Assembly: GCA_965368975.1 (NCBI GenBank)
Contig: CBDUPA010000007.1
Location: 64,001-128,000, forward strand
From: an uncultured bacterium
GTDB lineage: Bacteria > Acidobacteriota > Thermoanaerobaculia > Multivoradales > JAHZIX01
Length of the DNA stretch: 64,000 nucleotides
Direction: 5' to 3'
Part shown: positions 47,178 through 54,381 of the stretch, in pieces
Numbering within the stretch: the first letter of the stretch is position 1
Layout of the letters: every line of letters starts with the position of its first letter
The notes under the pieces: model-generated
The model's database searches: none
The model's input: the letters and a program-made list of their open reading frames with translations, nothing else
Told to the model about the DNA's origin: nothing
Translations under genes and position numbers: made by a program

Positions 47178-48679
47178 TGTGCGGAATTGCGGCCGTTTAT
47201 CCATCATGCAGGGAACTGATAGATGAGGTGCTCCCGCGACTTCGGGAGCGTGGCCCTGATCAGGACGCTGTATCTGATACAACTTTGGCTTCTCTTGGAG
47301 CCTCACGGTTAAAAATTACGGATATGGAAAGGGGAGATCAACCACTAGTAACTAGCTCGGGTAGCACGGTTATTATCTTCAATGGTGCCATTTATAATGC
47401 TTTCTATTTGAGGGAGGCTTTTAATCTTCAGACCCTGACTCAAAATGACGCCGAGGTAGTCGCTTGCTTGTATGAGGTGCTCGGAGATGAAGTAGTGAAC
47501 TACTTGGATGGTATGTATGCATTTATCATAGCTGATCTCAGGAGACAGCGGCTTGTTGCTGCAAATGATTCTTTTGGTATTAAACCCTTGCATTGGGCCC
47601 GGGCGGAGGGGCATCTGCTGTTCTCAAGTACTGTTAGCTCGTTGCCAGTCAATTTTCAGAAGACTGTAAGGCGCTTCCCTTCTGGTGTGCTTTGGGCGTC
47701 AGATGGCACAGTACGCAAGGTGGTGCCGTACCATGGCCAGAGTTGTGGTGAGCTAGTCGAAGAACTGCGACGAGCAGTTCGGTCGCAAGTACCAGCGGAG
47801 GTACCTTGGGGTTGCATGTTGAGTGGCGGTGTCGATAGTGCTTTGGTGACAGCAATGTGCACAGAGTTGCGAGGCTCCTCTGTGATTGCGTATACCGCTG
47901 GGACGCTGAAGAGCGATGACTTCAACGTAGCACGCAGGTTTGCGAAGTTTGTTGACTTGGATCATCGCCCTATTGTGATTGATCGTATGATGGTTGAGCA
48001 GGCAGTGGTTCAAGTCATAGAGGCCACTGCCAACTACGATCCACTAACTGTAATGAGTGGAGTTGGTACCCTACTCGTAGCGGATCAAGCGCGGCGAGAT
48101 GGCGTTAAGGTTCTGCTCTCGGGAGAGGGTGCTGATGAACTCTTTGGTGGCTACGATGTATATCAGAAGATTCCTACTAGAGATCTGAATAGTACTCTCT
48201 TGAGAGATCAGAGCGAGTTGGGAGCTACGGAGTGTCTTAGACTTGATCGTTGCACCGGCGCGTGTGGCATTGAGGCTCGCGTTCCATTCCTTTCTGCCGG
48301 AGTTGTTCAACTGTCTCGATCAATTGGTCCCCTAGATAAGATCTTGCCTACTGCGGATCGGCGGACCTTCAACAAAATTGCTTTGCGACGAGCCGCAGAA
48401 CTGTGTCTGCCCAACTGGGTTGCACACAGAGAGAAGGTGCCGTTCTTCGAAGGAGCAGGTCTATCGGGAATGGTTGCCGAGGTTGCTGAAAGTTGGCTTG
48501 AAAGAAGCAGCATTTCTAGATCTCAGGATGAACTCCGATGCTTTGGAGTTCACTCAACTGTGGCGAGATATCTCTTTGAACTCTGGTTCGAGAGGTTCGG
48601 GGAGATCACGACGAGTTTCGAAGACTTATGTATCCGTGGTCTAACGAGGAGGAATTACTTTCGGCCGAATGGCTTATGA
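47177..48679 (+). CDS. Asparagine synthase (AsnB)-like Ntn glutamine amidotransferase
   Basis: N-terminal MCGI, RGPD, FNGAIYN, DSFGIKPL, LSGGVDS, LSGEGADELFGGY, EARVPFL; TGATG overlap with the ATP-grasp stop. Confidence 0.9.
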   Translation: MCGIAAVYPSCRELIDEVLPRLRERGPDQDAVSDTTLASLGASRLKITDMERGDQPLVTSSGSTVIIFNGAIYNAFYLREAFNLQTLTQNDAEVVACLYEVLGDEVVNYLDGMYAFIIADLRRQRLVAANDSFGIKPLHWARAEGHLLFSSTVSSLPVNFQKTVRRFPSGVLWASDGTVRKVVPYHGQSCGELVEELRRAVRSQVPAEVPWGCMLSGGVDSALVTAMCTELRGSSVIAYTAGTLKSDDFNVARRFAKFVDLDHRPIVIDRMMVEQAVVQVIEATANYDPLTVMSGVGTLLVADQARRDGVKVLLSGEGADELFGGYDVYQKIPTRDLNSTLLRDQSELGATECLRLDRCTGACGIEARVPFLSAGVVQLSRSIGPLDKILPTADRRTFNKIALRRAAELCLPNWVAHREKVPFFEGAGLSGMVAEVAESWLERSSISRSQDELRCFGVHSTVARYLFELWFERFGEITTSFEDLCIRGLTRRNYFRPNGL

Positions 48680-51600
48680 AGGCGGGGGCGTCAGGCCGAT
48701 TGTCCAATAGCAGAGAAATGTAGGCTCAAACTGCGCAGGTACTTCATGGTGATAGCTGCTGTTGACGAAGTTATCTGAGTACAAGCGGTCATTCCATTCT
48801 TGTGACCAGAAGTTGATATCGATCTGCTGAGCGGCTCGCAGATTCTTCGCGGCCACTGCCTTGCTGTTCCTGAGTGAATAATATAAATAAAGATTATAAT
48901 GAGCGATGCGTCGAATTTCGAGGTCTTGTGGGTCTCTATCTGCCAAGATTCGCTCGATTACTGCCACCATTTCAGTCGCAGCTCTGTATCTCTCGCTTAT
49001 AGTGAAGAGGATTAGAGAATTCATGCTGATAATCAGGCGTGAGAACATGTCGGTTGCCGTCCGTCGAGCAGAGCGAAGCAGCGCTATTGCAGACTCTGGC
49101 TCTGATCCCATGTAGATAGCAATGGCTGCACGATTATTAAGAATGCAGTGTTCTTCGGATGGCAGCTCTTTCATGAGTCGCTCTGCTGTGTCTAGCTCGG
49201 CAAGGGCTTCTTGATGTTTGCCCATCTTGGATAGCTGTAGTGTTATGGAGACTCGGGTTCTGGCTTCTTCAAGTTGATCGCCGAGCTCATGGAAGATTTG
49301 AATGCTCTGACGCATGCATTCCGTAATCTCAGCATTACACCTTGTTGTGAGCTGCGCATTGCGTAGAAGGTGGGCATAGCTCCTGCAGTGGTGTATTCGA
49401 GGGTCTTCTCTGAGTTCCTTGAACAGGTCATCACAGTCAGCGTGGCTGTTTGTGCAACGGTACGCTGACAGAACAACGAGTTTGAGCCGGAGGTATAACT
49501 CTGGATCGTCTTCGATCTTGGGGAGATAGAGATCACAGAACTCGATGGCTTCTTGATGCCTGTGATCCCATACCAACAGGGCTGCGCGGTATTCTAGATA
49601 CCAGGAGGCTCTCAATTTGTCGAGGTCTGTGGCTACTCGCAGAGCCTCTTGGTATTGTCCAGCCATGAAATAAAGATATATGCAGAGACGATCCAGAGTT
49701 GTTTTCTGGTTCTCGGTTGCGGTCTGATAGGCGGTGTTACGGATCTTCTCGAGGTAAGTACAAAGTTGCCGAATAGAACGGTTAGCTAGTGCAAGTCTTG
49801 TGAGTTCATTAAGCAGCGGCAGAGCACGATATTCCTGGCCTAGGTTCATCAAGCAGACTAGAAGCATGACGATCTTGTCGGCGCGAGTTTGAAAAGAGAA
49901 CCTCTCTTCTTGCAGTTCTTGTTCGTAGATCTTCTTCCAGTGATCAAATGCAATTATTAGGTGACGGGAGAAGTCGTCACTGTCACGAGCATGCTGTAAG
50001 AGTTGATCTTGTGCAATCGAAACCTCAGTTCCATCATCAGACACAAGCCTCCGCTTCTGAAGTGTCAGAATTGTATCTTCTACATCTAGAATCTCGACCG
50101 CAGTACCTTCTAGGTCTTCGTATAGGGTGTTTAGGTGAGACCAAGGTACGATGCCACCGTGTGAGACAATCAAGGCGAATAAGAACTTTTGCTGCTCTGA
50201 TAGCGTAGTGAGGTTATCAAGAGTGATTGCCTCGAAGGATTGTTCGGCAAGTCCACGGACGTAGTCTGTATCGGGCGCGCCTCGCAGCTCTAAGGCAACT
50301 TCGAGATCTATGAATGGCCTCAGGTTTCCCTCTGACTCCTGATAAGATCTTCGCACGAACAAGTCGATGGCACCTTCCCTCTTGCGGAGGATTTTCATCG
50401 CGTGATCCACCTGGAGCTTGCCGAGCTTGAGCGTTTGCACTATTACTGAGGCGACCGCGAAGGCTGATTCTAACTGTGTTAAATCCCAGCCATTCGGATC
50501 ATCTTCTGTCAGCTCTAATAGAAGATAGATTCCTCTAGGAGATTGGAGGAGCCGTGAAAAGAAATCAAGTGAGTAGTCATCTAGGTTCTGTGCGTTCTCC
50601 ACGCAGATGACCATCGGGAGTTTACCGGAGCAATGCAGAATGTAACTCTCAAGAAGGGGGAGATCACGTTCTCCAAGTCTGGCAAGTTCATGCCAGAAGG
50701 TGGAGGGCGTAAACTCTGCGGGCTGAGGGAAATCCTGTCGCTGCGAGAGTCTTCTACTTGCGATGTGTGACTGAAAGGAAGGAATCTGTCCAGGAAAAGT
50801 TGCGGCCGAGAGGTGAATTCGGTGTGCGAGAACACGCATGTAGAAAGATTCTTCCCGGTAGTCCCGGGCATGCTGCGGGATTGCCAATCGAACATAGAGT
50901 TGCTGAGGTGAATGTTGGCGATTCTTGAGTTCGCTAAAAACCCTCTCTGTTAGCGCACTCTTACCCACGCCGCTCGGAGCATGTAGAAGCAGAGCTTTGT
51001 TTTGGTATTCTGTAGCGAGTATATCTGTGCACAAGGCTGAGATCTCTGCTGACCGATTTACGAAGTGTGATGCTTTAACTGAAGCAGGCACCTGCCGTTG
51101 GTCGACATCTTTGGGTAAATACGTGAACTCGCGATATTCATCATGGTCCCGAGGGGCTTGATCCGACTTATCTAAGTCACTTGAAGCGAGAACTTCATCC
51201 GCATGAACCGGTCCGGTGTCGAATCGCCTCTGGAATAGAACTGGTGTATGTTGTGCCGGTGAGTGCTCCATATGCAGTGCATTACAGGCGATACTGTAAG
51301 AGTCTGGAATGCTCTCGCCTGCACCGACAGCATCATAGAATGCAACGGAGAAGGTTATTGCAGCAGAGTCCGGAATCTCTTTGCCCATTCCGATGACAAA
51401 ATCTACATGTTTCGCTAGATACTCTGCCTGAATGCGAGAGAAGCAAGCGTTGAGGAGAATGCACTGGATTGATTTAGAAGTGATTCTAAAAAAATGGCCT
51501 AGAGCGTGATTATCTACAGGACGAGAGTGCCCTTTACCGTCGAGAAGATGTAACCCTCCTTTGCCAGAACCGTGGCCAGAGAAATGGATGAAATGAGGAC

Positions 51601-51790
51601 GGAACCTCAGGACTAGCCGCCGAAGGTCCCTTATTTGTGTGGCTGGGTGATGCTCGATAATAAACGAGTGCTGACTAGCGGAAAGGCCGGTTCGGATCTC
51701 TTCAGCTTCCTGAGCAAGTTGAAGACTCGCAGAATCTATTGCATTTGCTGCGAGGATTAGGAGGCGCCGAGATTCTGCGGGCCCGTTCAC
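48674..51790 (-). CDS. CHAT (caspase-like) protease - STAND/AAA NTPase - helical/TPR-like repeat protein
   Basis: CHAT dyad HFSGHG and LLNACFS; Walker A HAPSGVGKS; Walker B-like ICVENAQ; long helical C-terminus. Confidence 0.85.
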   Translation of the reverse strand: MNGPAESRRLLILAANAIDSASLQLAQEAEEIRTGLSASQHSFIIEHHPATQIRDLRRLVLRFRPHFIHFSGHGSGKGGLHLLDGKGHSRPVDNHALGHFFRITSKSIQCILLNACFSRIQAEYLAKHVDFVIGMGKEIPDSAAITFSVAFYDAVGAGESIPDSYSIACNALHMEHSPAQHTPVLFQRRFDTGPVHADEVLASSDLDKSDQAPRDHDEYREFTYLPKDVDQRQVPASVKASHFVNRSAEISALCTDILATEYQNKALLLHAPSGVGKSALTERVFSELKNRQHSPQQLYVRLAIPQHARDYREESFYMRVLAHRIHLSAATFPGQIPSFQSHIASRRLSQRQDFPQPAEFTPSTFWHELARLGERDLPLLESYILHCSGKLPMVICVENAQNLDDYSLDFFSRLLQSPRGIYLLLELTEDDPNGWDLTQLESAFAVASVIVQTLKLGKLQVDHAMKILRKREGAIDLFVRRSYQESEGNLRPFIDLEVALELRGAPDTDYVRGLAEQSFEAITLDNLTTLSEQQKFLFALIVSHGGIVPWSHLNTLYEDLEGTAVEILDVEDTILTLQKRRLVSDDGTEVSIAQDQLLQHARDSDDFSRHLIIAFDHWKKIYEQELQEERFSFQTRADKIVMLLVCLMNLGQEYRALPLLNELTRLALANRSIRQLCTYLEKIRNTAYQTATENQKTTLDRLCIYLYFMAGQYQEALRVATDLDKLRASWYLEYRAALLVWDHRHQEAIEFCDLYLPKIEDDPELYLRLKLVVLSAYRCTNSHADCDDLFKELREDPRIHHCRSYAHLLRNAQLTTRCNAEITECMRQSIQIFHELGDQLEEARTRVSITLQLSKMGKHQEALAELDTAERLMKELPSEEHCILNNRAAIAIYMGSEPESAIALLRSARRTATDMFSRLIISMNSLILFTISERYRAATEMVAVIERILADRDPQDLEIRRIAHYNLYLYYSLRNSKAVAAKNLRAAQQIDINFWSQEWNDRLYSDNFVNSSYHHEVPAQFEPTFLCYWTIGLTPPPS

Positions 51791-51794
51791 TATC

Positions 51795-51811
51795 GATAAT
51801 TTCTAGTTATC
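51795..51811 (-). repeat. Right putative recombination site (GATAACTAGAAATTATC on minus strand), 4 bp upstream of the CHAT-STAND start
   Basis: 17/17 identity with 46129-46145 in inverted orientation. Confidence 0.85.
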
Positions 51812-51824
51812 ATTGCTGCCTGGT

Positions 51825-51854
51825 AGGCTAGCATGGTGGTAATGGGTAGTGCAA
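51825..51854 (-). promoter_or_regulatory. Candidate sigma-70 promoter outside the right site, pointing into the cassette
   Basis: Minus strand TTGCAC-N18-TAGCCT with extended -10 TG. Confidence 0.4.
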
Positions 51855-52045
51855 CTGCGGATTTGCCACAGGTTCTTTACTTCCTTTTCCTGCAGAGAAA
51901 TTTTGTCCCAGGCGGTTCAAGATTCCCAGCCACCAGGCATCCTTTGAGTTGCCGCTAACGTATCCTAAATTCGACCCCTGTCGCGACGCCCACCCGCGTC
52001 GCGACACCAACCAAGGCTGGCCACCACCGTCTAGGAGCCGACCCG

Positions 52046-53533
52046 ATGCCCACGACCCCAACCCGCCTCACCTTCTTCCTTCTCCTGATCCTCTCCCTCT
52101 TCCTCCCAATCCCCACCCCCGCTCAATCTCCGGACACCCACCCCGACCCCCGTCTCGGTGAGCTGATCGTCTTCACCCAGCCTGACGACACCCCGCGCCA
52201 CCAACACTTCCTCGACGCCGACCTCCCCCAGATCCACACTGTCGCCGCCAAGGCTCACGTCCCCGTGCGCGTCATCGACGTGACCGAAGAGGGCGCACCG
52301 CCCGAGATCAGGACGACGCCGGTGTTGGTCTACCAGAACTTCCAGGGACGCTCGATCTTCCAAGGCCGCTACGCCTCCGGTCCAGCGGTTCGCAACTTCC
52401 TGCGCACCGCGCGCGCCGTACCGCAAGGGGGGGAGAAGGAGGTCAAGGACAGCATCTATCGCAAGGTCGAAGGCCGGGCGCAGGTCATGGTGCGACCGAA
52501 GATCACGGAGCTTGCAGGGGAGATTCCGGACGACTTCGATGCAAGAGAGTTCGCCATCCTGATGGACGCAGGGGTCTCGATGGGCTTGTCGGAGTACGGG
52601 TACTTCCGCATGGGAGACGTGACGGTGGAGCGGTCGGACCGGGTGTTCTACTACGACTTCTATCCCTACCGTTCCGACGACGGCAAGCTCTTCATCTCAG
52701 TGGCTCTGTTCTCGCCGTTCAACTGCATCGAGCCCGTGTTCACGCGCTTCGACGATCCGGTTTCCGGGCCTTGGGAGGACCGGGTTCAGGTCTTTGCGCG
52801 GGCGGCGAGGGTGCTGGAGGTGGCGGCGCGGCAGGTAATGGCGACGTCTGAGTTGGGCGACGGATTCGCGACGATAGCGGACTCTGTGCCGACGGTGAGC
52901 TGGGCGGATCTGGGTTTGACCTTGCCCGAGCGGCCGCAGGGAGTTTCAGCAGTGGCGGCGGGTGTGGAACTCGGAACGAAGTGGGTGTTGCCGCCGGCAC
53001 AGGACGGAGACGCGCCGCGGGTGCAGTTCCACTTTGCGGCGCCGCTGGATCGCTATGCGGGCGAAGCTTCGGAAGTGAGTGGCGAGTTCGTGCTCAGTGA
53101 GACGGAAGACGGCCCATCCCTCGACGACATGGACGGTTGGGTGGAGGTGCAGACGGCCTCCGTGACGATGGGGTTGCCGGCGTTGGATGCGGCGGTGCAC
53201 GGCAAGATGTTGAAAGTGGCGGACTACCCGACAGCACGGTTTGAACTGTCGTCGATGACGGCGGAACCCGCGACGCTACGGTTCGGCACGTCCTCGCAAG
53301 CGGTGGCGCAGGGCACGTTCTCGCTGCTGAAGGTCGACATCCCGCTGGCCGTGCGGGCGCAGATCGAACCGGTGGTGGGGGACGACGGACAGCCGCGGTT
53401 GTGGGTGCGGGCGCAGGCGCAGTTGCGTATCGGGCAGGCGTTCGGGCTCGAGGGACCGGACGGACCGGCGCCGGCGCGCGATACGGTGGTGCTGGTGCTC
53501 GACTTCGAAATGGTGCCGGCGGACGCCGACTGA
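52046..53533 (+). CDS. Exported protein with C-terminal YceI-like domain
   Basis: Signal peptide; C-terminal VEVQTASVTMG...DAAVHGKMLKVADYPTARFEL resembles YceI. Confidence 0.7.
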   Translation: MPTTPTRLTFFLLLILSLFLPIPTPAQSPDTHPDPRLGELIVFTQPDDTPRHQHFLDADLPQIHTVAAKAHVPVRVIDVTEEGAPPEIRTTPVLVYQNFQGRSIFQGRYASGPAVRNFLRTARAVPQGGEKEVKDSIYRKVEGRAQVMVRPKITELAGEIPDDFDAREFAILMDAGVSMGLSEYGYFRMGDVTVERSDRVFYYDFYPYRSDDGKLFISVALFSPFNCIEPVFTRFDDPVSGPWEDRVQVFARAARVLEVAARQVMATSELGDGFATIADSVPTVSWADLGLTLPERPQGVSAVAAGVELGTKWVLPPAQDGDAPRVQFHFAAPLDRYAGEASEVSGEFVLSETEDGPSLDDMDGWVEVQTASVTMGLPALDAAVHGKMLKVADYPTARFELSSMTAEPATLRFGTSSQAVAQGTFSLLKVDIPLAVRAQIEPVVGDDGQPRLWVRAQAQLRIGQAFGLEGPDGPAPARDTVVLVLDFEMVPADAD

Positions 53534-53676
53534 GGCACCCCGAGCCGTGCTAGTAAAGCGGCAGCGAAGATGATGTATCCTTAGCGCGCTGCACGGGCGG
53601 GACGCCAGCCCGCGCGCACTCATTCGACGGGCTCCCGTCGGACTCAAACCCCAAGACCAAGACAGGAGGACAACGT

Positions 53677-54225
53677 ATGCGTACGTTCAAGCTGCTCTCC
53701 ATTTTCGCTCTCGCCGCGCTCGTCTCGCTCGCCGTGCCGGCGGCGGCCGACGACAACGAGCTGTCGTTCAAGGCCAACAACCAGGTGTACAACGCCAATG
53801 GCACGTTCAAGAACTTCGAGTTCACCAGTGTCGACATCCCGGGCGGTGACCTGACCCAGGGCACGGTCGAGATGAAGATTGACCTCAACTCGGTGGACGA
53901 GAAGAGCCCGGATCTGGCCGAGCATCTGCGCCAGCCGGACTTCTTCGACGTGGTCAAGTTCCCGGCCGCGACGGTGAAGGTGCACGGCATCACCAAGACC
54001 GGGGACAACACCTATGACGCCACCGCGACGGTCAACTTCATGGGTACCTCCAACGACGTGCCGGTGAGCTTCACCGTGGTGTCCGAGGATCCGTTGCGCA
54101 TTGAGGGCAGTGGCACCATGAATCGCCTGGACTTCGGCCTGGGGCAGGCCCACGACCCCGAGAACAAGTACTCGATCGTGCCGCAGGTCGAGATCAGCCT
54201 GAAGGCGACTCTCCCGACGAGCTGA
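53677..54225 (+). CDS. YceI family lipid/polyisoprenoid-binding protein
   Basis: Signal peptide; NGTFKNF, IDLNSVD, HLRQPDFFDVVKFPAAT, NRLDFGLG; GGAGG RBS. Confidence 0.9.
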   Translation: MRTFKLLSIFALAALVSLAVPAAADDNELSFKANNQVYNANGTFKNFEFTSVDIPGGDLTQGTVEMKIDLNSVDEKSPDLAEHLRQPDFFDVVKFPAATVKVHGITKTGDNTYDATATVNFMGTSNDVPVSFTVVSEDPLRIEGSGTMNRLDFGLGQAHDPENKYSIVPQVEISLKATLPTS

Positions 54226-54231
54226 GGCGAC

Positions 54232-54287
54232 GGCGCTTCTGACGAGGCGCTTCTGAAGAGGCACTTCTGACGAGGCGCTTCTGAAGA
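54232..54287. repeat. 14-bp tandem repeat x4 (GGCRCTTCTGAMGA), alternating as a 28-bp higher-order unit
   Basis: ggcgcttctgacga / ggcgcttctgaaga / ggcacttctgacga / ggcgcttctgaaga. Confidence 0.9.
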
Positions 54288-54291
54288 CTAG

Positions 54292-54324
54292 AACGGCCGG
54301 TCCTGCGGGGCTCGGCCGTTTTTT
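54292..54324 (+). terminator. Intrinsic terminator after the YceI gene
   Basis: AACGGCCG...CGGCCGTT stem running into a T6 tract. Confidence 0.8.
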
Positions 54325-54381
54325 CATGTCTGGATTTCGGATGAGGAGTTTTGTTGTCGATGCTGGCTGTGTCCAAAGGGC

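Larger units (their letters stand above)
45000..51950. mobile_element. Lower-GC genomic island: tyrosine recombinase plus a putatively invertible two-cargo cassette
   Basis: Abrupt drop in GC and change in codon usage versus both flanks; recombinase at left end; 17-bp inverted sites. Boundaries approximate. Confidence 0.8.

Noticed and set aside
47177-48679. AsnB-like gene as a lasso-peptide cyclase and ATP-grasp as a graspetide ligase
   Set aside because: AsnB keeps the Cys-1 glutaminase domain; no B1/B2 proteins or precursor nearby; the ATP-grasp is Ddl-like rather than RimK/MvdC-like; the precursors at 60.4 kb are over 11 kb away and have host-like GC.
45000-51950. Direct-repeat attL/attR or tRNA integration site at the island ends
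   Set aside because: No direct repeat or tRNA found by eye; only inverted repeats were seen.
51828-52061. 77-aa minus-strand ORF at the island's right edge
   Set aside because: No motif or clear RBS, straddles the GC transition and overlaps the next gene's start; likely spurious.
54232-54287. Possible CRISPR array
   Set aside because: Units are contiguous 14-mers without unique spacers, and no cas genes are present.
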